DNA of 64,000 nt from an uncultured Gammaproteobacteria bacterium (lineage in GTDB: Bacteria > Patescibacteriota > Microgenomatia > Daviesbacterales > UBA10151): assembly GCA_964625535.1 (NCBI GenBank), contig CAZVEX010000001.1:295-64294 (forward strand), given 5' to 3'. Within the stretch, counting starts at the first letter, position 1; the number at the start of each line of letters is the position of its first letter. The notes under the pieces were generated by a model that was not told the origin of the DNA, searched no databases, and was given only the letters and a program-made list of their open reading frames with translations. This document shows, one piece after another, positions 6,650 through 16,639 of the stretch. The translations under genes were made by a program, and so were the position numbers.

Positions 6650-9334
6650 ATGCTAGGAATTTTTGGCAAACTTTTAGATTCCAACGAGAGAGAGATTAAA
6701 AAACTAAAACCTATTGTTGATAGTATTAATGCTTTTGAAAAAAAAGCATCCAAACTGACTGATAAAGAGCTTCGGGGTAAATTTGTCGAGTTTAAGCTAC
6801 AACACGAACGAGGCAGGAGTCTGGATGAGCTTTTACCGGAGGCTTTTGCCGCTGTCAGAGAGGCAAGCTTAAGAACTATCAAACAGCGCCATTTTGACGT
6901 ACAGATGATGGCGGCAACGGTTTTGCACCAGGGCAGGATTGCCGAGCAAAAAACCGGCGAAGGAAAAACCTTGTCCAGCACCCCAGCCCTGTTTTTAAAC
7001 GCCATTGCCGGTAAAGGAGTGCATCTTATTACTGTTAATGATTATCTGGCCCGCCGTGATTGCGGCTGGATGGGCCCTATTTTTTATGCCTTGGGGGCAA
7101 CTTGCGCCACTATTGTTCATGATAGCGCATTTATTTATGACCCCAAGCATAAAGATACTACGCACGACGATAAAAGATTACAGCACCTTCGTCCTGTTTC
7201 GCGAAAAGAAGCTTACGGCGCAGATATCACCTATGGAACCAATAACGAGTTCGGCTTTGATTATCTGCGGGACAACATGGTTTTTCGTTTGGAAGATGCT
7301 ATGCAACGGGGTCATTTTTTTGCCGTTGTTGATGAGGTAGATTCAATTTTAATTGACGAGGCCAGGACCCCTTTAATTATCTCCCAGCCGGCCCAGGAGG
7401 CAACCGATAAATATTTTAAGTTTTCAGAGCTGATAAGCGCCCTGTCCCCCTCGGATTATGCGGTGGATGAAAAGCTTCGAACTGCTCACCTCACCGAACA
7501 TGGCATTTTAAAAATAGAAAAAACACTGGGAGTGGATAATCTATACGAAAAAGATTTTTCCACCCTTCATCATCTGGAACAGGCTTTAAAAGCCAAGACT
7601 TTGTTTGAAAAAGACAGGGACTATGTGGTTAAAGACGGCGAGGTAATTATAGTAGATGAGTTTACCGGCCGTCTGATGCTGGGACGGCGCTACTCCGAGG
7701 GGTTGCATCAGGCAATAGAGGCCAAAGAAGGGGTGGCAATTCAACAGGAATCTCAAACCTTGGCCACCATTTCTTTTCAAAATTATTTCAGGATGTATGA
7801 AAAATTAGCCGGCATGACAGGTACTGCCGCCACCGAAGCCGAAGAATTTAATAAAATCTATAAACTGGAAGTGGTAGTTATCCCCACCCACAGACCGATG
7901 ATTCGGGCCGATCATCCGGATACGATTTATAAAACCCAAAGCGCCAAATATACGGCCGTTGCCAATTTAATTGAAAAGCTGCATGAAAAAGGACAACCTG
8001 TCCTGGTGGGAACAACTTCAATTGAAAAAAATGAATTTCTTTCGGATTTGCTCAAAAGAAAGGGTATTTCTCATGCCCTGTTAAATGCCAAAAATCACGA
8101 GAAAGAGGCGGAGATTATTTCCAAGGCAGGAGAAAGGGGAGCTGTCACTTGCGCTACCAATATGGCAGGACGTGGAGTGGATATTATTCTTGGTAAGGGT
8201 ATAGATAAACTGGGAGGACTTTTTGTAATTGGCACCGAGCGGCATGAATCAAGAAGAATAGATAATCAATTGCGGGGCCGATCCGGTCGCCAGGGTGATC
8301 CGGGAGAGTCGCGATTTTTTGTTTCTTTAGAGGATGATCTGATGAGAATTTTCGGGGGGGATCAGGTTTCCCGGGTGATGGATTTTCTCAAAATGCCAGA
8401 GGATACGCCAATTGAACACGCACTGGTTTCAAAGGCCATCGAGGGAGCCCAGAAAAAAGTGGAAGGCCACAATTTTGACATCAGAAAACACACGGTTGAA
8501 TACGATGATGTGATGAATCAGCAAAGGAGAATTATTTATGGTTTGAGAAAGAAAGTGTTGGAGGCAGCCCAAATCCAAGATACATCCTTGAAAGAGGAAA
8601 TCCTGGAAAAAGTAGCAAGCGAGATTAAAAATCTTGTCATCATACGCTCTGAAGAAGGTTTGGATGTTAAGAAAATTGCGGAAGAGTTTTCTACTATTGC
8701 CCCCCTTGACGATAAAAGTAAAGCGGATTTGGAAAAAAAGCTTTTAAGCTTATCAAATACTGACGAAATATCGCAATTTCTTATTGATTTAAGCCTTCAA
8801 TTTTACGGGCAAAGAGAAAATCAGGTGGGGCAGGATTTGGCCAGACAAATGGAGGTATTTGTTTATCTTAATACCATTGATACTTTATGGATTGAGCACC
8901 TTGATACCATGGATGATTTGCGCTCCGGCATCGGCCTTCGCGGTTATGCCCAAAGAGATCCTTTAATTGAATACAAAAGGGAAGGTTTTGATCTGTTTGA
9001 AAAGTTAATAGTGGAAGTTGATTATGAAATAGTTCACAGGATTTTTAAAGTGGCGCTGCAACAACAGCAGCCACCATCTCAACCGATTGTGGTGGAAGAA
9101 AAACATCCGGAAATAGAGGTGGGGGTGGAAACGGAAAAAGAAGAGGTAGAAACCGGAAAAGTAGATGAAGGTGGGATAACTAAAGTTACCATTGAGAGAG
9201 GAGGGCAGGTAGTTGCTCAAGAAGTTTACGGCGGTCAGGGTCAACTAACCAAACCTCACGGTAAAATCGGCCGAAATGATCCGTGCTGGTGTAATAGTGG
9301 AAAAAAGTACAAGAAATGCCATTATCCTAATTAG
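6650..9334 (+). CDS. secA: preprotein translocase ATPase SecA
   Basis: N-terminus MLGIFGKLLDSNEREIKKLKPIV resembles E. coli [25 protein letters not shown]. Walker A is MKTGEGKTL. The C-terminal zinc finger is CWCNSGKKYKKCH. Length is 894 aa. Confidence 0.95.
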   Translation: MLGIFGKLLDSNEREIKKLKPIVDSINAFEKKASKLTDKELRGKFVEFKLQHERGRSLDELLPEAFAAVREASLRTIKQRHFDVQMMAATVLHQGRIAEQKTGEGKTLSSTPALFLNAIAGKGVHLITVNDYLARRDCGWMGPIFYALGATCATIVHDSAFIYDPKHKDTTHDDKRLQHLRPVSRKEAYGADITYGTNNEFGFDYLRDNMVFRLEDAMQRGHFFAVVDEVDSILIDEARTPLIISQPAQEATDKYFKFSELISALSPSDYAVDEKLRTAHLTEHGILKIEKTLGVDNLYEKDFSTLHHLEQALKAKTLFEKDRDYVVKDGEVIIVDEFTGRLMLGRRYSEGLHQAIEAKEGVAIQQESQTLATISFQNYFRMYEKLAGMTGTAATEAEEFNKIYKLEVVVIPTHRPMIRADHPDTIYKTQSAKYTAVANLIEKLHEKGQPVLVGTTSIEKNEFLSDLLKRKGISHALLNAKNHEKEAEIISKAGERGAVTCATNMAGRGVDIILGKGIDKLGGLFVIGTERHESRRIDNQLRGRSGRQGDPGESRFFVSLEDDLMRIFGGDQVSRVMDFLKMPEDTPIEHALVSKAIEGAQKKVEGHNFDIRKHTVEYDDVMNQQRRIIYGLRKKVLEAAQIQDTSLKEEILEKVASEIKNLVIIRSEEGLDVKKIAEEFSTIAPLDDKSKADLEKKLLSLSNTDEISQFLIDLSLQFYGQRENQVGQDLARQMEVFVYLNTIDTLWIEHLDTMDDLRSGIGLRGYAQRDPLIEYKREGFDLFEKLIVEVDYEIVHRIFKVALQQQQPPSQPIVVEEKHPEIEVGVETEKEEVETGKVDEGGITKVTIERGGQVVAQEVYGGQGQLTKPHGKIGRNDPCWCNSGKKYKKCHYPN

Positions 9335-9335
9335 C

Positions 9336-10157
9336 ATGAAGCTAAATACAGAGTGGGTAGCTGGTAAATTACCCAAAAGGCCAAAAGAGGCCAATAAAGG
9401 GACTTTTGGAAAAGTTTTAGTGATAGCCGGATCGAGAAATTATCCCGGAGCGGCATATCTTTGCTCTGCCGCGGCATACAGGGTTGGAGCAGGATTGGTA
9501 ACATTGGCAACGGATGAAACTACTAAAATAATTGTTTCAAGAAAACTACCCGAAGTGACATTTATTCTACCGGAAGAAATTTCTTTTAAGGAATATGATG
9601 TTTGCCTAATTGGTCCTGGATTGGGACAAGAGGAAGAAACTATTGATTTTTTGGGAAAGCTACTTAAAAAAAAATTGCCAAAAACAGTCATTGACGGAGA
9701 TGGGTTGAATATTTTAGCAAAAATTGGCAACTGGTATAAACTTAAATTTGAAGCCATATTAACTCCACATCCGGGAGAAATGAGCAGATTAACGAAATTA
9801 TCCATAAATGAAATACAATCCGACAGAGAAAACATAGCTAAAGAATTCTCCAAAAAGTGGGGACAGGTAGTTGTCTTAAAAGGTGCAAATACAGTAATTG
9901 TCTCCCCCGCCGGGGAAGTTAGAGTTAGTCCTTTTGTAAATCCAGTTTTGGCAACAGCCGGAACAGGGGATGTTTTAGCCGGATGTATCGTAGGTTTTTT
10001 AGCTCAAGGATTAAAAACTTTTGATGCCGCCTGTGTTGGTGTTTATACCCATGGTCTGGCAGGGGAATCGATTAGAGATAAGTTAGGTAATGCCGGGGCT
10101 CTGGCTGGTGATCTGCTGCCTCTGTTACCAGCCGCTATTGCACATATCCAAGCATAG
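9336..10157 (+). CDS. nnrD: ADP-dependent NAD(P)H-hydrate dehydratase (YjeF C-terminal domain)
   Basis: Motifs GKVLVIAGSRNYPGAAYLCSAAAYRVGAGLV and ATAGTGDVLAG are present. Start is taken at MKLNTEW, 1 nt after the secA stop. Confidence 0.8.
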   Translation: MKLNTEWVAGKLPKRPKEANKGTFGKVLVIAGSRNYPGAAYLCSAAAYRVGAGLVTLATDETTKIIVSRKLPEVTFILPEEISFKEYDVCLIGPGLGQEEETIDFLGKLLKKKLPKTVIDGDGLNILAKIGNWYKLKFEAILTPHPGEMSRLTKLSINEIQSDRENIAKEFSKKWGQVVVLKGANTVIVSPAGEVRVSPFVNPVLATAGTGDVLAGCIVGFLAQGLKTFDAACVGVYTHGLAGESIRDKLGNAGALAGDLLPLLPAAIAHIQA

Positions 10158-11583
10158 GATCTGTCAAATTGGTGTTTTGCCCGCTGCAAGCATCTTTCAT
10201 TAAATCTTTTGACGGGATCTGGGTTGGAGGTATTACCCCGATATGGCCAAATTTTACTTTGACTTCACCTAGAGCATACTCATCAGGTATAACAATGTTA
10301 TACACCGGACTGCCCCGCCCCGCTACGGCAATATGGGCGTTTTTAAGGAAAAGAAAGTACCGAAAACCCACATTTTCTCCGGGTGAGGTGATGTAATTTA
10401 TGGAAAAGCAGGGGAAGTTTTTACTCTTTGCATCATTTACTATGTAATCAACCACAGCTTTTTTCTCCAGGTAGCCTTTGGCATAATAATTCTGGCCCGT
10501 AATAGAATAGAAACTTTTAATTAGAATGAGAAATAATAAAACTAGGGTAATGAACAAACCTTTTTTCGAGGACTTATATAAAAGGTAGATACAAAGAGAA
10601 GCAATTGCTAAAAATACCACATTGGAGTTGGAGAAATAATATTCCGAAATGGGCGAGGAGGAAAAGTAAAAAAATAAAACCGGACCAATGATCCAGATGC
10701 AAAGAAGGACTGCCTCTTTTAATGCAATTAATTTGGTCTTTACAAGTAATATCCCTGATAAGAAGATAGCGATAGTAAGCAAGGGTGTAAAAAATAGCTG
10801 GTGGATATTTTTATTTAGCATTCCCAAGATCAGCTGGAATCTGTAAAGACCTGTTGGTCCCCCTTCCTGATGCAATCCGAAATTATTTATCAAGCTGTAA
10901 GTTTGATTAAAATTATGTTTAAATTCAAATATAACCAGTGGCGCGGATGTTATCAATAGAAAGATGAGAAAAAGCGCTATATTTCTAAAATCCGGCAGTT
11001 TTTTGGAAGCAAATATTGCAAACGGCAGGCTTAACAGGACAGGGATTAAGGCAATATGTATATGCCAGATGAGCCCGATAAGAGCGCCCATCAGCCAAAA
11101 AAAATGAAATCTTCCCCGGGAGAGCATGATAAGCGCATATAAATACCAAACGGACCAGAGAGGCGTGGTTATTGTGGGGACTATCCATCTGTCAAAATTG
11201 ACGGTTGCCGGCATAGTTGCATACAGTAGTGCTCCCACCAGTCCGACTTTTTCATTAAAAATTTTAGAAAAAACCCAATAGTAGCTTATGATAGTTGCCA
11301 GTCCCAACAAAATTGCGGGTATAGTTGCACCGATAGGATCCATCTTAGTCAAAATAAAAAAGGGAACTAAAAAATAATAAAACAATGGCCCGATATAAAT
11401 TCCCGGAGCTGAAGTCAACTGACCTATGAGCCTGAAATGGTGATTTACTGTGATATCTTTAACAATCCAGGAAAAAAGATCAGCGTCGTGTCCAAAACCC
11501 ATCCTTTCCGCCAGTTGATAGGTTCTAAAGAAAAGGCCCAAAACAATAATTAGAATAAGCAAAAGAAGTTGAGACCTTTTCAT
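10135..11583 (-). CDS. GT-C-fold polytopic membrane glycosyltransferase (PMT_2/ArnT-like)
   Basis: 482 aa with 10+ hydrophobic helices and a C-terminal soluble domain. It resembles the other GT-C genes in the window. Its 3' end overlaps nnrD by 23 bp in convergent orientation. Confidence 0.6.
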   Translation of the reverse strand: MKRSQLLLLILIIVLGLFFRTYQLAERMGFGHDADLFSWIVKDITVNHHFRLIGQLTSAPGIYIGPLFYYFLVPFFILTKMDPIGATIPAILLGLATIISYYWVFSKIFNEKVGLVGALLYATMPATVNFDRWIVPTITTPLWSVWYLYALIMLSRGRFHFFWLMGALIGLIWHIHIALIPVLLSLPFAIFASKKLPDFRNIALFLIFLLITSAPLVIFEFKHNFNQTYSLINNFGLHQEGGPTGLYRFQLILGMLNKNIHQLFFTPLLTIAIFLSGILLVKTKLIALKEAVLLCIWIIGPVLFFYFSSSPISEYYFSNSNVVFLAIASLCIYLLYKSSKKGLFITLVLLFLILIKSFYSITGQNYYAKGYLEKKAVVDYIVNDAKSKNFPCFSINYITSPGENVGFRYFLFLKNAHIAVAGRGSPVYNIVIPDEYALGEVKVKFGHIGVIPPTQIPSKDLMKDACSGQNTNLTDPMLGYVQ

Positions 11584-11605
11584 ATAAATGTTAAACTAAC
11601 ACACC

Positions 11606-12346
11606 ATGATAGTTTCGGCAATAAGATCAAGAAAATTTTTACCTCCCAAAGATGATCTTTGGCAACTTTTATCAGAAAGCATTAAATCGTTGGAGGAAAA
11701 TTGTGTGGTGGCAGTTACTTCCAAAGTGGTATCAATTGGCGAGGGCAGATGCGTATTGACAAAGATAAAAAGCAAAGACGAGCTGGCAATGATGGAAGCG
11801 GATAAGTATATTCCCCGCAAATTAGCTCCTCATGGACTGGTGATGCATACAATTAAAAATAATATTCTGGTAGCATCTGCCGGAGTGGATGAAAGTAACG
11901 GGGCCGGATTTTATATTCTCTGGCCAAAAGACCCCCAATCATCAGCCAAAAAAATTTGGCAGTTTTTAACAAAAAAGTTTAAAGTAAAAAATCTGGGAGT
12001 AATCATAACGGATTCCCGGTTGGTGCCGCTGCGCCGTGGAGTAGTGGGAGTGGCCATTGGCTATTTTGGATTTTTGCCTTTGAGGAATTATCGGGGTAAA
12101 AAGGATTTATTTGGCAGAAAGTTTGAAATGGAAACATCCAATCTTCCTGATAGTTTGGCCACGGCGGCGGTTTTAGAAATGGGGGAGGGAGCGGAGCAAA
12201 CACCGCTTGCTGTCATCTTCGATATTCCTTATATCAAATTTAGCAAAACTTTTTACAGTTTTCAGATTCCCGAAAAAGAAGATATATTTTATCCGCTGTT
12301 ATCTGTTGTTAAGTGGCAGAAAGGCGGGAGCGGAAAAAATCAATAG
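11606..12346 (+). CDS. CofE-like gamma-glutamyl ligase family protein (F420-0:gamma-glutamyl ligase fold)
   Basis: VVAVTSKVVSIGEGRCV...ASAGVDESNGAGFYILWP...GVIITDS resembles the CofE family (PF01996). Confidence 0.55.
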   Translation: MIVSAIRSRKFLPPKDDLWQLLSESIKSLEENCVVAVTSKVVSIGEGRCVLTKIKSKDELAMMEADKYIPRKLAPHGLVMHTIKNNILVASAGVDESNGAGFYILWPKDPQSSAKKIWQFLTKKFKVKNLGVIITDSRLVPLRRGVVGVAIGYFGFLPLRNYRGKKDLFGRKFEMETSNLPDSLATAAVLEMGEGAEQTPLAVIFDIPYIKFSKTFYSFQIPEKEDIFYPLLSVVKWQKGGSGKNQ

Positions 12347-13235
12347 TTTTTGCTAAGCCTTCATTCAGACTGACTTTGGCGTTCCAGCCCAGTTCTTTTT
12401 TAATTTTTTCAGACGAAGCAACCAGTGCTGTCACATCCCCTTTTCTTTCTCCCTGATCATCAATTGGAACCTCATACCCCACCAAATCAAAAATAGTTTT
12501 TATCACATCAGCGACTTTTACTCCGGTTTCAGTACCTACATTATATATATGCAATCCTGTCAAGTTTAAGGGCAGCACATGAGCCAAACTTAAATCATCA
12601 ATATAAATAAAATCCCTTATCTGGCTGCCTTTCCAAAAAAGAGGGAGGGGTTTTTTCTCCAAGGCGGCCTGGATAAAATTGGGTATGGCATGCGTTTCGG
12701 GTTGATGTAACTCACCCGGTCCGTATGGATTAAAATACCGCAAAATTGTTACATCAAAATTATGGAGATTATGGTAAAGCAGACAAAGTTGCTCCATAGT
12801 CACTTTGGTTATCCCGTAAGTATTTTCCTGTTTACCCAGCGGCATATCTTCCGTGATTGGCAATTTTTTGGGTTTTCCGTAAACGCAGGCGCTGGATGAA
12901 AAAATAATCTTTTTTACCCCTGTATTTTTCATGGCCTGCAAAAGTTTGGCAGTTCCCAAAATATTATTTTCCACAAACTCCACCGGTTTTTTGACAGACT
13001 CCCCCACCTCAATTAAAGAGGCCATGTGGATAACGCCTTCATGTCCGGCTAGCACTTCCTCCAATCTTTCCTGATGCAAAATATCAGCCTCTACAAAAGT
13101 GGCCCTTTTATCTATTGATGCTTTGTTGCCGTGAGAGAGATTATCTATGATTGTAACCTGATGTCCCAGTTCAAGAAGCAACCTAACAACATGTGAGCCA
13201 ATAAAACCTGCCCCGCCTGTGACTAATATTTTCAT
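12309..13235 (-). CDS. NAD-dependent sugar epimerase (UDP-glucose 4-epimerase-like, short-chain dehydrogenase/reductase family)
   Basis: MKILVTGGAGFIGSH Rossmann motif, catalytic YGITK (YxxxK) and SSSACVYG are present. Its 3' end overlaps the CofE-like gene by 38 bp in convergent orientation. Confidence 0.8.
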   Translation of the reverse strand: MKILVTGGAGFIGSHVVRLLLELGHQVTIIDNLSHGNKASIDKRATFVEADILHQERLEEVLAGHEGVIHMASLIEVGESVKKPVEFVENNILGTAKLLQAMKNTGVKKIIFSSSACVYGKPKKLPITEDMPLGKQENTYGITKVTMEQLCLLYHNLHNFDVTILRYFNPYGPGELHQPETHAIPNFIQAALEKKPLPLFWKGSQIRDFIYIDDLSLAHVLPLNLTGLHIYNVGTETGVKVADVIKTIFDLVGYEVPIDDQGERKGDVTALVASSEKIKKELGWNAKVSLNEGLAKTIDFFRSRLSAT

Positions 13236-13242
13236 ATATGAA

Positions 13243-13265
13243 ATTTTAACACATTCTAGTATAGT
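13243..13265. promoter_or_regulatory. divergent promoter pair in a 40-bp intergenic region. The minus strand carries TGtTAAAAT (13243-13251), 7 nt before the epimerase ATG. The plus strand carries TATAGT (13260-13265), 10 nt before the GT-C ATG.
   Basis: Read from the sequence. Neither start codon has an SD. Confidence 0.4.
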
Positions 13266-13275
13266 TTAAGTTGTC

Positions 13276-14757
13276 ATGTTGAAATGGATTTTGGTTATTT
13301 TGGTTTTAACCATTGCTTTGCGCATTGTGTATATTCCATCGGGCGCAGTTTCATTTCACTATGACATGGCAAGAGACGCATATGCAGCCTTGCAGATTTG
13401 GAACGGTGATTTAAAAATTCAAGGCCCTCCCACTTCCACCCCGGGTCTATATCACGGCCCGCTTTATTATTATCTGCTGGCTCCAATTTATGGTTTGGGT
13501 GGAGGAGACCCCCGAGTGGTGGCAATATTTTTTTCTCTGATTAATGCCTTGGTGGTCATTCCGGTGATGTTTTTGGCCAGAGATATTTTTAAATCGGATA
13601 AATGGGCCATCCTTTCCGGAATATTTTTTGTCTTTTCTTTTGAAAACACCCAGTATGGCCCTTGGATTTCAAATCCCGCGCCTGCTGTTTTAACTGTGGC
13701 TTTGTTTTTTCTATTTTTGCTACATTGGCAAAAGGGTAAAGAGTATGGATTATATCTGGCCATAATATCTGCCGCACTTTCCGTGCAATTTCAATTTTTC
13801 TTAATTTATCTTTTGTTTTTAATTCCTGTTTTTGGATATTTATTTAAAATCAAAACAAATTTTAAGCAAAAAATTAATTCTATTTTTATAACCTTAGTTG
13901 GTTTAAGTTCGTTTTTTGTGGCGGCTTTAAAGTTTGGAAATTTGCAAAATTTTACAGGAGGATTTTTCAATATTGCAACTGCCGGTCAAATTGATTTTAG
14001 GTCACAATTTAGTGCACTGGCGCTAAATTATCTGGACAAATTTTCCGAAACTTTTATTTATAACTTTTTCCCTACTAATGTTTTTCTGGGAGGATTATTG
14101 GCATTTTTGAGTTTAATACTACTCAAAAATAAACTTCTGTTTTTTTATTTATTTTTTAATTTGCCCATTTTTATTTTTGGCGGTCACAGCAATACTTATG
14201 CCAATTTAGGGTTAGTCGTGGGAGCGATTTTGGCAGTTTTGAACACGATTAAAATTATTGCAAAAAAGAGCGTCATACTTGCGGCAGCATTGATTTTACT
14301 TTTGGCTATATCTAATCTTTATGCCATATTTAAAAACGGGCCCTTGGGACAAGTTATTTTGGTAATCCCCAATGATATGGTTTTAAAAAATCAATTAAAA
14401 TTAATAGATGAAACTTACCAAAAAGCCGCGGGTCAAGCATTTTCCATAAATACTTTAACGCTCCCTCTTTGGACAAATACCACATGGAGTTATCTTTATT
14501 CCTGGTATGGGCAAAAAAAATACGGATATGTGCCAAAGTTTTTAGGACACAATCAAGTCGGGTTGTTAGGGGCAAATGCCTTGGAAAAAATAGACCAACC
14601 GCTTGAAAAAACGTTTTTCATTATCGAACCCCATGTGGGAATTCCCGATGATATTTATAATCTGGAAATAGGAGCAGAGGATAGTAAAAGCAAATTAATT
14701 TCCGAAACAAAATATGGAGAGTTAAGATTGCAATTTAGAATGCCAAAAAATGAATAA
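13276..14757 (+). CDS. GT-C-fold membrane glycosyltransferase (family with the YDMARD / GPPTS-GLYHGPLYYY N-terminal motif)
   Basis: It shares the N-terminal motif and a C-terminal W(Y/W)G(Q/K)KKYGY(V/I)P motif with the ORF at 14750 and with the C-terminal half of the ORF at 29891. Confidence 0.6.
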   Translation: MLKWILVILVLTIALRIVYIPSGAVSFHYDMARDAYAALQIWNGDLKIQGPPTSTPGLYHGPLYYYLLAPIYGLGGGDPRVVAIFFSLINALVVIPVMFLARDIFKSDKWAILSGIFFVFSFENTQYGPWISNPAPAVLTVALFFLFLLHWQKGKEYGLYLAIISAALSVQFQFFLIYLLFLIPVFGYLFKIKTNFKQKINSIFITLVGLSSFFVAALKFGNLQNFTGGFFNIATAGQIDFRSQFSALALNYLDKFSETFIYNFFPTNVFLGGLLAFLSLILLKNKLLFFYLFFNLPIFIFGGHSNTYANLGLVVGAILAVLNTIKIIAKKSVILAAALILLLAISNLYAIFKNGPLGQVILVIPNDMVLKNQLKLIDETYQKAAGQAFSINTLTLPLWTNTTWSYLYSWYGQKKYGYVPKFLGHNQVGLLGANALEKIDQPLEKTFFIIEPHVGIPDDIYNLEIGAEDSKSKLISETKYGELRLQFRMPKNE

Positions 14758-16249
14758 ATCTAAATTACTTGTTTTCACCATTTTATTATTTGGAATTGTT
14801 TATAGATTGATGATGACTTGGAATGGCAATTTTCTTTTTAACATGGATAATGCCAGGGACATGGTGGATGTTAGGGAAATGGTGGTTTTGGGGAAGTTAA
14901 GACTCACAGGACCAACTTCTGCCATTGAAGGTTTGTTTAACGGACCAGCCTGGTATTATCTTTTGGCTGTCCCCTTTGTTTTAACAGGAGGAGATCCATA
15001 TGGTTCAATTGTCATGGAAATAGTCTTGTGGGCCATTGGAGGATTTTTCCTGCTAAAACTAACCAGTCGATTTGGCCTGTGGGCAGTAGCAGTTTCAGGA
15101 TCTTTGTGGATTGCTTCCAATTATATAGTTTTACTGACTACTTATGCTTTTAATCCTAATCCGGTGACTTTTTTAACACCAGTCCTGATTTTTGCAATCG
15201 AAAAGTTTATCAAAACCGGGAAAATCATTTATTCAATATTTGTATGGATCTTGGCGGGAGCGTTTTTTAATTTTGAGATGAATTTTGGCATCTTCATTCC
15301 GTTTATCATCATCTTTGCCGTTTTTCTCTATAAAAAATCAATACTTAAAAATCTAAGCTTTTGGCTTTCTTCCTTAGCTTTTGTGGCCGCAGTACTGCCG
15401 CAAATCTTCTTTGATCTAAGGCATCAATTTATTATGTCAAAATCAGTGATTAATTTTTTATCACAAGGTGGAAGCTTCAACCTACTGTCGCGGACAACTT
15501 CAGTTTACGGCAGTTTTTACAGCACTTTAAATGCTACTTTCATGAACCAGTCTATCATTACTTTAATGTTTCTTGGGTTATTCTTTATTTATCTTGTGTC
15601 TTTTCTTAAAAGATTCAAGAGCAAAGAGATTTTTGAAACGTCTTGTCTGTTATTTGTGCTGATACCGTTTGGTGGGTATGTTTTGCTGCCTGTTCAAGTT
15701 AATTCCTGGCATTTGGGTGGGGCAATGGTGGCCCTGATTTTACTGCTAATCATCATACTTAATAAATTATCCAAACTTGGACTTGTGATTTCTTTGTTAG
15801 TTATTTTTTATGCTCTTTTCAATATTGTCCGCTTTTTCACTCACGATCTATTGATACCCAATCAAGATCCATCTCTTTTTAAAAATGAAATTGCTGCCAT
15901 AGATTATGTTTACGAGTATGCCAATGGCAAAAACTTTAAAGTATATACATACCTGCCTTCGGTTTATGATTACCCTTACCAATATCTTTTTTGGTGGTAT
16001 GGTAAGAAAAAGTATGGATACATCCCTGGGGAATACGCCTATTCTCCCAATAAACCAACTTATATTCCCAGTCAGGATAAATTTCAAGGAAAGAAGGATG
16101 GTTTTTCCGGAATGCTATTTTTAATAAAAGAGCCGGATAGAAATGACACTCGCTCCGGTTGGGAAGGCCCATTTGCCAAATTGGAAACTGTAAAAAAACA
16201 AATAGTTGGATCATTAGAGATCGAGATAAAAAGAGAAATCAATCAATAG
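14750..16249 (+). CDS. GT-C-fold membrane glycosyltransferase, tandem paralog of 13276..14757
   Basis: FNMDNARDM...GPTSAIEGLFNGPAWYYLL and the C-terminal WWYGKKKYGYIPGEY motif are present. It overlaps the upstream gene by 8 nt. Confidence 0.6.
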   Translation: MNKSKLLVFTILLFGIVYRLMMTWNGNFLFNMDNARDMVDVREMVVLGKLRLTGPTSAIEGLFNGPAWYYLLAVPFVLTGGDPYGSIVMEIVLWAIGGFFLLKLTSRFGLWAVAVSGSLWIASNYIVLLTTYAFNPNPVTFLTPVLIFAIEKFIKTGKIIYSIFVWILAGAFFNFEMNFGIFIPFIIIFAVFLYKKSILKNLSFWLSSLAFVAAVLPQIFFDLRHQFIMSKSVINFLSQGGSFNLLSRTTSVYGSFYSTLNATFMNQSIITLMFLGLFFIYLVSFLKRFKSKEIFETSCLLFVLIPFGGYVLLPVQVNSWHLGGAMVALILLLIIILNKLSKLGLVISLLVIFYALFNIVRFFTHDLLIPNQDPSLFKNEIAAIDYVYEYANGKNFKVYTYLPSVYDYPYQYLFWWYGKKKYGYIPGEYAYSPNKPTYIPSQDKFQGKKDGFSGMLFLIKEPDRNDTRSGWEGPFAKLETVKKQIVGSLEIEIKREINQ

Positions 16250-16628
16250 TTATCAATCGCTTGTTATCTTCTAATTTTTCTATACTTATTTTTTTTGTTT
16301 TTTGGGGTAAATATCTTAATTTTTCAGCCCATTCAATTAAAACTATATTATTTTTATCAGATAAAATTTCCTCAAGACCTAAATGATCAAAAGTATTTAT
16401 TCTGTACAGATCAATGTGATAGAGATTTTTATACTGTCTGATTAAAACAAAAGTAGGGGAAATAATTTTATCTTTAATTCCTAAACCTTTGGCAAAACCC
16501 TGGACAAAGGTGGTTTTGCCTGTACCCAAGTCTCCGGATAGAGCAATAATTCCTCCCTTAAGTTTTCTAGCTAAATTTCCTGCCAGTTTTTTAGTTTCTT
16601 GCGGTGAATTGGTGATAAATTTTTTCAT
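16239..16628 (-). CDS. tsaE: tRNA threonylcarbamoyladenosine biosynthesis ATPase TsaE (YjeE)
   Basis: P-loop GDLGTGKTTF and a 129-aa size typical of TsaE. Its 3' end overlaps the GT-C gene by 11 bp in convergent orientation. Confidence 0.8.
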   Translation of the reverse strand: MKKFITNSPQETKKLAGNLARKLKGGIIALSGDLGTGKTTFVQGFAKGLGIKDKIISPTFVLIRQYKNLYHIDLYRINTFDHLGLEEILSDKNNIVLIEWAEKLRYLPQKTKKISIEKLEDNKRLITID

Positions 16629-16639
16629 TGAGGGAGATT

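Noticed and set aside
11606-12346. The CofE-like protein was considered as evidence of F420 biosynthesis.
   Set aside because: No cofC, cofD, cofG or cofH genes are present in the window, and CofE-fold ligases occur outside F420 producers. Only a family-level call was made.
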